Source of the DNA: a virus
Strand: one strand, 5' to 3'
Virus record (IMG/VR): IMGVR_UViG_3300050821_001592
Location: 20,703 to 84,702 of that record
Length of the DNA: 64,000 bases
Of this stretch, positions 1-8,369 are shown piece by piece. The notes beneath the pieces were generated by a model, which saw only the letters and a list, made by a program, of their open reading frames with translations, ran no database searches and was not told where the DNA came from. Every line of letters begins with the position of its first letter. Position 1 is the first letter of the stretch. Position numbers and translations under genes: made by a program.

Positions 1-298
1 CGTTTAACGACTGGAGTATGGCGGATAGCCCGCCGACCATAGAGACACTCTGGTCAACTAGCCCTGTTTGTAGAAGAGAAATCATCGTGTCTGAAGGATT
101 TCCTTGCGGGGCGAGGGCGAAAATATCAGACGGGTCCGCGATGGTGTACGGGGTCGATACAAAGACATATTCCATCGTGACGGATATGAGATTGACGTAT
201 GTCCCTGCGCCTGTCGGGGGTATGATGGTTATAGGCGTTTCTGTCAACGCGAGAAGTTCAGCGGAAGACAGTACGACGGTAGCAGATTGAATAGCCAT
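1..298 (-). CDS. Virion/tail-fibre-associated protein, partial (runs off window start)
   Basis: ATG at 298 after AGGAGA RBS; open to base 1 (MAIQSATVVLSSAELLALTETPITIIPPTGAGTYVNL...); resembles the C-terminal domain of 307-1224 (VDIPASAL...PVQIIPAQGAGTRINV). Not in the ORF track. Confidence 0.7.
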   Translation of the reverse strand, partial: MAIQSATVVLSSAELLALTETPITIIPPTGAGTYVNLISVTMEYVFVSTPYTIADPSDIFALAPQGNPSDTMISLLQTGLVDQSVSMVGGLSAILQSLN

Positions 299-306
299 GT
301 TTCTCC

Positions 307-1224
307 TTAGTGAATCGATTCGACCGTGTAGTACGAGATGACCCGTAGGGTGAGCGTCCCCGTGAGGCCCCGAGAGGTGCTAAGCATATACGGTTGATTG
401 TTGAATAGCGATACGGCCAACGGGGCCTCCCCCTCCGTTTCGGAAGTCTCGTTTGAAAACAAGCTGGATATTCTTTCTGCTGAGTTGAGCACGAGGACAG
501 CATCGACATTAAATTCTGGTGTGTTGTTCGCGAGAGCCTGCGGGGGTCCAAGATTGAATTTAACCCCGGTACCGTCAGGTGTTCCGGCGCTGCTTTGGAA
601 CACCATATTTACCACATTGATTCTTGTTCCCGCGCCCTGAGCGGGTATTATTTGAACAGGGACAGCTAGGGAGTTATTTAAAGCACTAGCCGGGATATCT
701 ACCTGAGCCCGTTGGAGTCCCACCGGAATAGGGATTGTACCTGTTACGACAAGTTGGATGAAGGTGTACTCCATATTAGGGATTGGGACACGCGACGAAG
801 AGCCAAGGACTGTTATCGTGTATCTTCCTGCGGGTACGGAACTATCCACCGTTATAGTGGCTAGACTGGTGGTAGTCACGAGAGACGGTGCAAACGTCAC
901 TGTTACCCCAACCGGGGTTCCAAAAACCCGTAGTGATTCACTATTAACCCCTAGGAGATTAGTCAAATCTATGGTCGTTGTACCCACCCCACCCGGAGAG
1001 ACTATTACGACACTAGGCACGGTTTGTAAAGAAAAAGAAACCTGATTCCCGAACATATTAGGGGTCGGCGACCCTGACACCGGATTCCCGTTTAGGGTGG
1101 AGTTGGATTGGGGTATTACGTTTCCAAAAGGCTCGGGCTGACCAATCAGATTTCCAAAATTGTGAGGCAGGGTCATGGGAGTTCCGTTACGAAAATCTCC
1201 AGACCTTACGAGTCCTTGAGGCAT
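307..1224 (-). CDS. Putative virion structural protein with Ig-like beta-rich domain
   Basis: AGGAG RBS; T/V/P/G-rich; Ig-like segment (GVTVTFAPS...ATITVDSSVPAGRYTITV); tail gene neighbourhood. Confidence 0.6.
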   Translation of the reverse strand: MPQGLVRSGDFRNGTPMTLPHNFGNLIGQPEPFGNVIPQSNSTLNGNPVSGSPTPNMFGNQVSFSLQTVPSVVIVSPGGVGTTTIDLTNLLGVNSESLRVFGTPVGVTVTFAPSLVTTTSLATITVDSSVPAGRYTITVLGSSSRVPIPNMEYTFIQLVVTGTIPIPVGLQRAQVDIPASALNNSLAVPVQIIPAQGAGTRINVVNMVFQSSAGTPDGTGVKFNLGPPQALANNTPEFNVDAVLVLNSAERISSLFSNETSETEGEAPLAVSLFNNQPYMLSTSRGLTGTLTLRVISYYTVESIH

Positions 1225-1233
1225 GACATCTCC

Positions 1234-1911
1234 TTAATATTCAAATCCGACAATAACAACGGTTACGACAGCGGTTGTAGCACTCGCTAATTCTGAGATG
1301 CCGATTTGTTGCCCGCCTGTAATCTCCATACCGTCGGGGAAGTCCACGCTAGCCTGTGCCCCCAGCCCGCTCGTAGCAGCGGACGTAGCGGCTTCCAATT
1401 CAGCGATGATGTCAGAGCCGACAGCGACAGCCCCGCCGCTCGCAGCACCCTCCCGCACCCGAATCGCGGCGTTGACCAACGCGGCTGAGTTGCTCGTAAC
1501 GCCAAGGAATACGGACTGAATGCGAAATGTCTTACCGGAAGTAACGGTGTACGATGTACCCGTAGTTGGGGCCGCATCGCCTTTTTTAATCGTCATGGTG
1601 ACGAGCGCCTCGGAGGTTATCGCGGCTGCTTTAGTCAGGGTGAGTATTACCTTTGACCGTCCGCTGTCTTTGGCGTCTTGAACACAGAGGAGGTAGGTCC
1701 CTTGTGTTCCTTTCGGTTGTACAGCAGCTACCTGCGTCCCCGTTGTGGGGTCCTGAATCTGTATTGCCATTTGAGATACCTGTAAATTCCCACCACTAAA
1801 ACCTACGAACAACTGTCCAGTGTCAACGGCTAAATAGAACTCTCCATCCCCGAGAGTAGGTATGTTCGCTAACACACCCCGCAACATCTGAATAGCGATA
1901 TTACGCGGAAT
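1234..1911 (-). CDS. Tail fibre-like protein with Mtd-N-like N-terminus; probable ATT start at 1911 (alternative ATG at 1887)
   Basis: IQMLRG...LGDGEFYLAVDTGQLFVG resembles the major tropism determinant/hyaluronidase N-terminal motif; the ORF-track extension to 2058 overlaps the upstream gene. Confidence 0.6.
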   Translation of the reverse strand: MPRNIAIQMLRGVLANIPTLGDGEFYLAVDTGQLFVGFSGGNLQVSQMAIQIQDPTTGTQVAAVQPKGTQGTYLLCVQDAKDSGRSKVILTLTKAAAITSEALVTMTIKKGDAAPTTGTSYTVTSGKTFRIQSVFLGVTSNSAALVNAAIRVREGAASGGAVAVGSDIIAELEAATSAATSGLGAQASVDFPDGMEITGGQQIGISELASATTAVVTVVIVGFEY

Positions 1912-2456
1912 TAGAAAGTTCCGCAATCGACGAGGGTGAGGGATGAACCCGCGCCGATAGTTGCTGGGAGTTGAGTCTGGGCGATAGAACCGGAAACATC
2001 CGCGAACGCAGGCTGAGATAAATGTTGCACGCCTGACGTATCGACGTATGCGACCCATTGGTGGGCTGTTCCTGAAGATAGCCCTTGAATCGCGGTTCCT
2101 AACACCCCGATTTGAGTCCAGTTAGCGAACGTCGCATAAGCATTGACGACAAACGCCGTCAACATGAAAACTTGATTGATATCCGTGCGTACGCAGATGT
2201 CACCTGTCATCGCCCCGGAGAGCGCAATCTGTGCGGCTTGACTAGAAGCTGTGAAAACTTGAGTACCTGCGGCGGAACGTATCCACGCCTTCCCAGAACC
2301 CGGATTACCGATACCTGCGGTGCCTGACCCTTGGTCGATATACAGCGCGTTCGTGTCTGTTGCGAGGGCGAGTACGCCTGCTTGGCCCGTCGATGCTAAC
2401 GCGGAGAGGTTAGCTTCTACGCCCCGATAAAGGGCGATTTTAGTGTTGAGTGCCAT
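1911..2456 (-). CDS. Tail fibre-like protein with Mtd-N-like N-terminus
   Basis: IALYRG...GVLALATDTNALYIDQG motif; C-terminal VDCGTF. Confidence 0.6.
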   Translation of the reverse strand: MALNTKIALYRGVEANLSALASTGQAGVLALATDTNALYIDQGSGTAGIGNPGSGKAWIRSAAGTQVFTASSQAAQIALSGAMTGDICVRTDINQVFMLTAFVVNAYATFANWTQIGVLGTAIQGLSSGTAHQWVAYVDTSGVQHLSQPAFADVSGSIAQTQLPATIGAGSSLTLVDCGTF

Positions 2457-2465
2457 ATAGCCTTT

Positions 2466-2657
2466 CTAATACGTTCCCCCGTCCACGAGTGTTTCGGAGA
2501 TAGACCCCGAAGCCGAAGACATCACAGAACCATCGGAGAACTCAACGGTCCCGAATACGGCTTTTGTTGCAGCAAACCCGTCGTCTGTGACTTCAACGAC
2601 ACCGCTCTGTGTGTTACAGACCCACGGAGCTATAATATTTATTGGTTGTTTATTCAT
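2466..2657 (-). CDS. Small tail-associated protein
   Basis: ATG at 2657 directly after the tRNA 3' end; ends VDGGTY, like the neighbour's VDCGTF. Confidence 0.5.
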   Translation of the reverse strand: MNKQPINIIAPWVCNTQSGVVEVTDDGFAATKAVFGTVEFSDGSVMSSASGSISETLVDGGTY

Positions 2658-2663
2658 ATTGAT

Positions 2664-2738
2664 TGGCTGGCGCGGCAGGACTCGAACCTGCAACCACGCG
2701 GTTAACAGTCAGTCGGATTGCCGCTATCCTACCCCACA
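2664..2738 (-). pseudogene. Chimeric tRNA-Asn(GTT) with non-matching 5' and 3' halves
   Basis: D-arm GGAT/ATCC, anticodon loop CTGTTAA, T-arm GCAGG-TTCGAGT-CCTGC, G-CCA end. Anticodon stem (ACTGA vs CCGCG) and acceptor stem (TGTGGGG vs CGCGCCA) do not pair properly. Confidence 0.8.
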
Positions 2739-3034
2739 ACAGCGGCGAGCCCGTCCTCAACTTCTCGGTGGCAATTCGCACAGAGTAGGACGGTCTTCGC
2801 GAGTTCTTCCTGTATCTTCGTCCAGCTTCGGGTTAGGCCACGCTCGCTTAGAGCGAAGCCCTTCTCGTCTGGGTCGATATGATGGAATTCCAGTGCCCGA
2901 ATACAGCGACTATATCCGCAAAGTTGACACCTGCCGCCCTTCAAAGCTACTGACATCTGTTTCAATTTCTTACGACGCTTCTTCACCGCTATCATGTTTT
3001 CAACACGACGGTCGGCGTACGTTCTAATCTCCAT
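2729..3034 (-). CDS. HNH endonuclease
   Basis: CQLCGY...LEFHHIDP...LLCANCHRE zinc-binding HNH motif; stop codon lies inside the tRNA 5' half. Confidence 0.9.
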   Translation of the reverse strand: MEIRTYADRRVENMIAVKKRRKKLKQMSVALKGGRCQLCGYSRCIRALEFHHIDPDEKGFALSERGLTRSWTKIQEELAKTVLLCANCHREVEDGLAAVVG

Positions 3035-3049
3035 GCTGCACCGCCTTCT

Positions 3050-3141
3050 TGGCGATGTAGCCCAACAGCAGTGTGCCAGCCACTCGGTTTAAGTCCGAGA
3101 ACTTACCTCGCCACGTTTGTTAGTCGTGACGCTACACGCCA
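3050..3141 (-). ncRNA. Predicted multi-stem structured element upstream of the HNH gene
   Basis: Terminal inverted repeat TGGCGTGTAGC...GCTACATCGCCA; internal hairpins CTCGG-ACTTAAA-CCGAG and CACG...CGTG. Confidence 0.4.
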
Positions 3142-3144
3142 GAG

Positions 3145-3870
3145 TTAGAACCCGGTTTCGGTCTTAACGAATTGTCGGGCAAGAAATCCCGTCACGAATC
3201 CAATTTCGAACCACTTACGCCTGCCCTTACGAGCGGCGTCTTTCGCGACCTTGACCTGTTCCTTGCAAACTTGAGCATCGTCGACGGCTTTGAGCTTCAA
3301 GCCCGATACCTCTGTATTTAAGTCCGAGACTTGCTTAGCGTCTGCGGAGAGTAGAGAAAGGGCGTCTGTGGTTTGCTGGGTGCTGTTCGCGAGCTGTTGT
3401 GTTAACACAGGGACTTGTTCAAGAACATCAACCGTGGCGTGGGCATTCGCGGGAGAGACATCCACCCCTCCATCGGGGGTCATCGGAGCGCCATCGAACT
3501 TAGCTTGAGGGACTAGTGTCTGCCAACGTGCGATTAGTTGTGACGTAGTCATGACATCGTCCGTCTTTTGTTGTTTCGCCAAAGCGGTAGACAGCGCAGT
3601 ATTCGCTTGTATCAACGCGGCATCTTGTGCTTGCATTTTCGCTTGCAGTGCATCAAATGCAATTCTATCCGAAGCGACTTGTGCAGCAATCGCAGCGTTT
3701 GCGTCTGCTTGTGCTTTATCGGCGAGGAGGGCCTTGCCGTATTCTACGTTGTCGTGAGCGGCTATGGTAGACTCGACCTTGCCCGCGACTCCGAAGACAA
3801 GCCCGGCTGCGAGCACAACCATCAGAATAGTTTCATGAGCTTTGACGAATTTTATGTATGACTCAAGCAT
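3145..3870 (-). CDS. Membrane-anchored coiled-coil protein, spanin-like candidate
   Basis: GGAG RBS before ATG 3870; N-terminal TM (ILMVVLAAGLVFGVA), long Ala/Gln coiled coil, hydrophobic C-terminal segment. Alternative in-frame ATG at 4011. Confidence 0.5.
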   Translation of the reverse strand: MLESYIKFVKAHETILMVVLAAGLVFGVAGKVESTIAAHDNVEYGKALLADKAQADANAAIAAQVASDRIAFDALQAKMQAQDAALIQANTALSTALAKQQKTDDVMTTSQLIARWQTLVPQAKFDGAPMTPDGGVDVSPANAHATVDVLEQVPVLTQQLANSTQQTTDALSLLSADAKQVSDLNTEVSGLKLKAVDDAQVCKEQVKVAKDAARKGRRKWFEIGFVTGFLARQFVKTETGF

Positions 3871-4013
3871 GATTACTCCACGTATCCCAGAATCGCTTCC
3901 TGTGTCGGGTTGAATCGGGCACACCAATCGGTAGCGAGAACCTCCCCCGATACGACACCGCTCGGGCCCCTTGGCCGGATGTTCAAAGGCCACTTGTTGT
4001 TTCGTGAACATAT

Positions 4014-4178
4014 CTACTCCTTCCGCAAAAGCTGTTGTAAAAGCTGTTGTAAAAGCTGTTGTATATCTTCCGGTAGGCTGCGGCATAAATGCAGCTCAGG
4101 ATAGTACGGAAAAATCAAACGGAGAAGGTATTCCGATGTCTCTAGGCTGACCCATCCCGTACGGGAGATTTCAATCAT
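4014..4178 (-). CDS. Small hypothetical protein (54 aa, QQLL x3)
   Basis: GGAGG RBS then ATG; MIEISRTGWVSLETSEYLLRL...IQQLLQQLLQQLLRKE. Confidence 0.45.
   Translation of the reverse strand: MIEISRTGWVSLETSEYLLRLIFPYYPELHLCRSLPEDIQQLLQQLLQQLLRKE
4027..4062. repeat. 12-bp tandem repeat x3 (AAAAGCTGTTGT)
   Basis: Three exact adjacent copies. Confidence 0.95.
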
Positions 4179-4232
4179 AGGCCTCCGATAAAAGCTCGGT
4201 CGTCGGGGTGTCCTCTAAATTACAATGGCGGC

Positions 4233-4724
4233 CTATACCGTATTACCGATTACATATGTATCTTGAGTGACCTTTTTTGCTGCTCCATCTCGGAACTTCT
4301 TATGTCGCTCCTGCATTGCTGGGATTTTTGACGCGACATAATCCAACGCTTTCGCATAGAGAGACGTTGAGTTCCCCACAACAGGTCGGTCATCTATTAG
4401 ATTGCCTGTTGTTTGGGCGTCGAGAAGAATGCCCATACACGCTCTAGCGTGACCAAGATGGTGGCATCCAGAGTCTTCGGCCTCTTCTTGGCCTTCGAAC
4501 CACAAGTCGAGGTGGCGCTTCGCCGCCGCTACATATATCGACGCGATAACTTTATTTGCTCTCCAGTTAAACGGGTCATATTTGCCCGCGCCGTCCATCA
4601 TAGCAAGACCTTCCCATGCGAGAGCGATAGCGGGGATTTTTGTGACGTCTACCTTCTTAGCTCCTAGAATGTCCTTAGGATTACTTCCCAAGGCTTGTGA
4701 GGTTGGCGCAACCGTCGTGGACAT
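4233..4724 (-). CDS. dATP/dGTP diphosphohydrolase-domain protein (DUF5664-like)
   Basis: NPKD..G..K...GAGKYDPFNWR...Y..AAKRHL..W.EG.E..EDSG.HHLGHARAC..IL.DA motif. Confidence 0.85.
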   Translation of the reverse strand: MSTTVAPTSQALGSNPKDILGAKKVDVTKIPAIALAWEGLAMMDGAGKYDPFNWRANKVIASIYVAAAKRHLDLWFEGQEEAEDSGCHHLGHARACMGILLDAQTTGNLIDDRPVVGNSTSLYAKALDYVASKIPAMQERHKKFRDGAAKKVTQDTYVIGNTV

Positions 4725-5211
4725 CTCTTTCCTCCGATAGGTATTTCTTGACTTCATCCCACGTCCCAAAAAGTTTGACAGCCGGATACACCGAGGTCAC
4801 TCCCGCCCCGTCGAGATAGTGGAACACGTTTTCTTTCTTACCGAGTATGATGAGTTCTCGTGTGGGTTTGCCAAAATCTAAAGATTGAGCAACCGCGAGT
4901 CCATATACAAACCCCGATTCGAAATGTCGTCCTCCTCTCGAAGACGCCGCAACCGTCGCGTCAATGAGCATCTTGTCTTCCGGCACGGTCAGGACGACTT
5001 TGTCAGCCCGAAGGATATCTTCTAGGTCCGCGACTGCGGTCTCACGAAGATATTCGTCTGTGCATTGTTGGAGAGTAACGTTGTGCGGAACTTTCTCGTC
5101 CGCCCACCGCGAGGAACAGGCGATGCCAAGGAGTGCCAGCTCCTCGGCTCGCTGTTTAACACGGTCCTTGTCCGAGAACATGGACGCGATGTATACCGTT
5201 AGGGGCTTCAC
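4681..5211 (-). CDS. Nucleoside 2-deoxyribosyltransferase-like protein
   Basis: VYIAS...SRW...DLEDILRAD...RGGRHFESG motif pattern. Confidence 0.75.
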   Translation of the reverse strand: MKPLTVYIASMFSDKDRVKQRAEELALLGIACSSRWADEKVPHNVTLQQCTDEYLRETAVADLEDILRADKVVLTVPEDKMLIDATVAASSRGGRHFESGFVYGLAVAQSLDFGKPTRELIILGKKENVFHYLDGAGVTSVYPAVKLFGTWDEVKKYLSEERDVHDGCANLTSLGK

Positions 5212-5453
5212 AGGCCCAACTCCTTCAATTGACTCGGCTTGCCTTCGTTTATGATAGAGAACCCTGCGAAAAGGTTCATCAACTGCATCGTGGCAATCTT
5301 CCCGACGTCCAGAAACATATACGGGATGAGGAAAGTTTCCTCTTTCAGTTGCTTCGGGTCGTTCACGAGACGAGTGAAGACCTTGACCTCTGTAAGAGTC
5401 CCGGCTCCGTACGTGCCGTCTAGCCTAATACTCGTTGGTTGATTTTCATCCAT
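5208..5453 (-). CDS. Hypothetical protein
   Basis: GGAGG RBS, ATG 5453, GTGA overlap with the next gene. Confidence 0.55.
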   Translation of the reverse strand: MDENQPTSIRLDGTYGAGTLTEVKVFTRLVNDPKQLKEETFLIPYMFLDVGKIATMQLMNLFAGFSIINEGKPSQLKELGL

Positions 5454-5490
5454 ATCCCCTCCAGAATTTAGATTCAAAAGATTGACGAGG

Positions 5491-7164
5491 TTACGCCCGC
5501 CATCTTTCTCCACGCTGAGTAACTATCGCACGCTGTCCGTTGTCGTATTGCAGGACGTGACTGTGAGACCACGCACTCGGGCCAACAGTATACCCCCACT
5601 CTTTCGTCAACACGGTTGACGTACCTGCAACATAGAGTCCGTGGAATATGCCTGCGGTGTGCGTGTGGGCTGTAGTGGCTTTCACGCCAATTTTACTGAG
5701 GTTGTTAGGTGACCCATTGGCCCCGTTCGCCCCGACGTGCCCGTGCATGTCCAGTGCGACCTCTCCGACGAAATATGGCTCGTCGGGGGTTAGGAAGGTC
5801 ACTGCGCCTTTCGGAAGGCCCGCTTCATTAACCATCGCCCGTTCGACGAGATTGACGTCCTTAGGCAATTTCCCCTTACGGATTTCCGAATACATGAACT
5901 CCTGCAATCGCAGAAATAATTCGGCGTTCGCGGGGTCCACCCGATAATCGAATTCACTCAACCAACGCTTCAACCATTTACGGTCATGATTAGCATCAGG
6001 AACGACGGTCTTGCACCACGGACGAAGGTATTTTTCAATAACGGCTTTCGTTCGTTTGAATTCCTCATCAACCCGATGCAAACCACGTAGCCAATTCGCG
6101 AACTTCTCGTGGTTGTCTTTATATTTCCGGTCATGGGGATTAAAACCCGCACCTTCGAATAAGTCATGAAGTGCCTGATGCCCCGGCTTAAGGGTGTCGA
6201 GCATTTCCATCGCAGCGGACGTAACTCTCGGGTCTGCTTTTGTAGCGTGGATGTCTCCCCATGTAATGGCGGCAACTGTTGCTTTTGTAGAAGTAACAAC
6301 CCCGTCCTCGACAAGGACATTCAAGTCTTGAATAACACGACCATTCTTACGAGCGGCAACTTGACGGACCCACCAATTTCCCTTACCGTCGACTTCTACG
6401 ATGAGGAAGGCATAGCGATGGTGGTGTTCTGCCTTCTGGCCGACCTTCTTCTGGATATAATTGAGTTGAGTGACCGCGCCTGTCGTATACAGCATTTTAA
6501 CCGGGCGGTCGGGCGGCATCGCTATAGAGCGCATCTCAATCTTCGTGTGAGGCACTATGATGCTGGAACTGCCTTTATGAGATTCGAGCCCCGACAGAGG
6601 CTTGTCCTCCGTCGGCATGATGTTCATTTCTCCACACCACAGTAAGTCAGGCGCGAGCAAAACGGCGGAATCTTTGATGAAGGGCTGAATCTTCTCGTCA
6701 AACCACAGAGTGTACTCGTACGGACGCTTTGTTCCGCGCTTTACTGCCAACTTACCGTAACGATTCTGGTTGTATGAGAACGTCCCTATCATGACTTGGG
6801 CGTCGTAGTGTTTCGAGAACGCGAGAACATTAGCCCAAAAAGCCTCGTGAACGTGCGTATTGTTTTGAGCAGAAGTCAGGATATACCGCTTAACATCCTT
6901 CGTGTTGGGCAACGCGGCCCGTTCTTCTTTGGATTTCAACTGTCCGCCTGCTAGCGGCTTACCGATGCCTGCCTTGCGCTGGGTCGGGGTTAACTTATCA
7001 GTGATTGCGGAAAGGATGTCATCGTGTTTCGAAAAAAACTTCGAACGCTGTTTATCTGTAAAAACTGACTTAGCTCGGAGATAATCACGAGTAAGCGGAC
7101 CCTGAAGAGTCAACGCGACCCTCAAAGCGTCATCAACAATCTGGGATTTCGTCACCTTTGTCAT
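5491..7164 (-). CDS. T5 A1-like metallophosphoesterase/nuclease
   Basis: RYILTSAQNNT motif; GDIH, HDLF, NHD, HGH and HTH metal-binding motifs; size similar to T5 A1. Confidence 0.75.
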   Translation of the reverse strand: MTKVTKSQIVDDALRVALTLQGPLTRDYLRAKSVFTDKQRSKFFSKHDDILSAITDKLTPTQRKAGIGKPLAGGQLKSKEERAALPNTKDVKRYILTSAQNNTHVHEAFWANVLAFSKHYDAQVMIGTFSYNQNRYGKLAVKRGTKRPYEYTLWFDEKIQPFIKDSAVLLAPDLLWCGEMNIMPTEDKPLSGLESHKGSSSIIVPHTKIEMRSIAMPPDRPVKMLYTTGAVTQLNYIQKKVGQKAEHHHRYAFLIVEVDGKGNWWVRQVAARKNGRVIQDLNVLVEDGVVTSTKATVAAITWGDIHATKADPRVTSAAMEMLDTLKPGHQALHDLFEGAGFNPHDRKYKDNHEKFANWLRGLHRVDEEFKRTKAVIEKYLRPWCKTVVPDANHDRKWLKRWLSEFDYRVDPANAELFLRLQEFMYSEIRKGKLPKDVNLVERAMVNEAGLPKGAVTFLTPDEPYFVGEVALDMHGHVGANGANGSPNNLSKIGVKATTAHTHTAGIFHGLYVAGTSTVLTKEWGYTVGPSAWSHSHVLQYDNGQRAIVTQRGERWRA

Positions 7165-7187
7165 GAGCACCTTTCCCCCACATTTCA

Positions 7188-7216
7188 ACAGTACTATACT
7201 TTCGTGCTATTGTCAA
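7188..7216 (-). promoter_or_regulatory. Sigma70-type promoter for the A1/NDT/DUF5664 genes
   Basis: TTGACA-17 nt-TACTGT. Confidence 0.6.
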
Positions 7217-7218
7217 CC

Positions 7219-7515
7219 CTAGAAATCTTCGCGCCGTCTCCGGCTATTGTCGGCAATGGTCGATAGACTCTTGTCCATCGAGTGGAGAAGGTCATCTTGA
7301 TTTTTCAGACTCGCTTCCATGTGAGGAAAATGATTGGTGGCGAGCGTGTCAATTTGTCCGATTGTCTTGCTCGCTTGTGCAGAGAGTCGTTCAAAATAGG
7401 TCGCTACTTTCCACGCAAAAATACACAACGTGGGCCAGCCAATGACCTGAAGATGCTGAGCTACCCATTCGAAAGGCGAACTATTTAATGTCTGTAGGTA
7501 CGTCAGAGGTATCAT
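7219..7515 (-). CDS. Single-TM membrane protein in lysis-like cluster
   Basis: AAGGAG RBS before ATG 7515; one hydrophobic segment followed by a coiled coil. Confidence 0.55.
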   Translation of the reverse strand: MIPLTYLQTLNSSPFEWVAQHLQVIGWPTLCIFAWKVATYFERLSAQASKTIGQIDTLATNHFPHMEASLKNQDDLLHSMDKSLSTIADNSRRRREDF

Positions 7516-7702
7516 TCGAAGCTCCTTGAGACTGTACGTAGGCGTGCCCTCCAAGGAAGCCTAAACAGGTAGTCGTGAACGCGACAAAACTCGCATCCAA
7601 TCCGTGGAATATGTGAATCGCCGCGCCGATGAGGAAAATGGCAGTACCGATAGCAACGTGCCCGTCGCTGTTGATTTTAGAAATCCATGAAGATATAGAC
7701 AT
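7481..7702 (-). CDS. Holin candidate
   Basis: 73 aa, two TM segments, follows the hydrolase-like gene. Confidence 0.5.
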   Translation of the reverse strand: MSISSWISKINSDGHVAIGTAIFLIGAAIHIFHGLDASFVAFTTTCLGFLGGHAYVQSQGASNDTSDVPTDIK

Positions 7703-7709
7703 GTGCCCC

Positions 7710-8162
7710 CTAGTCCCAGAAACTCAACGTATTTAGGTCCGCAATTCTCTGGTGTATGCGTTGGCCTGTCACGGGATTCGTAGCGGCGATGAGCTGCTTG
7801 AACCACGGTCTTTCGATTTTATTTAGAGCGCCGAAGTATAGTGCGCCCGTTTTATTCTCGCTGTGTGCCCCTCGGGTCATGTCAGAAACGGAACCATCGA
7901 ATATCCCGTCGACTGCGGAGAGGAGTTTGATGAATGTCGGTTCCCAGATTGATGGGTGACTGAGCGGGGGGATTTCATTCTCGGCCATACTTTCAGGAAT
8001 CGTGTCGAGAACACGGAGCCACGACCCCCACCCCAAGCGAACTCGATTAGCGAGGGTGTGCATTACCATTTGTCCCGCGAGATGACCGCCGCCGTATGAT
8101 TGGCCAAATCTCCAACCATACTCTACGAGTTTTCCCTTCACATAATTGTCTTGAGTTAACAT
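7710..8162 (-). CDS. SleB/Hydrolase_2-like cell wall hydrolase homolog, catalytic Glu apparently absent
   Basis: GQMVMHTLANRV..GW...DMTRGA...GALYF follows the SleB pattern; AGGAGG RBS. Confidence 0.55.
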   Translation of the reverse strand: MLTQDNYVKGKLVEYGWRFGQSYGGGHLAGQMVMHTLANRVRLGWGSWLRVLDTIPESMAENEIPPLSHPSIWEPTFIKLLSAVDGIFDGSVSDMTRGAHSENKTGALYFGALNKIERPWFKQLIAATNPVTGQRIHQRIADLNTLSFWD

Positions 8163-8369
8163 TGAGTAGCCTACCCTCCTTTCTTACTGCCTTACTAGGC
8201 TCACTCACGGCGGTTACCAGCCGCTTAGCAACGGGAGTGATATTAATAACACGGGTGGTAGGAAACTGCCGCCTACGTCTGCTGCACTCCGTTTATAGGC
8301 CTTGTATGTCAGCCGTGGAGCCGTCGCTCTGTCTACCTGAGACGTACACCCGTGATGGGGTACTGAAGG

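Noticed and set aside
1234-2456. Diversity-generating retroelement suggested by Mtd-N-like domains
   Set aside because: No reverse transcriptase and no template/variable repeat pair seen.
2664-3141. Group I intron with homing endonuclease in tRNA-Asn
   Set aside because: No recognisable P7/core motifs, too little non-coding sequence, and a complete foreign 5' half abuts the anticodon.
4233-5211. Z-genome (2-aminoadenine) pathway
   Set aside because: No PurZ or DatZ recognisable in the window; DUF5664 alone is insufficient.
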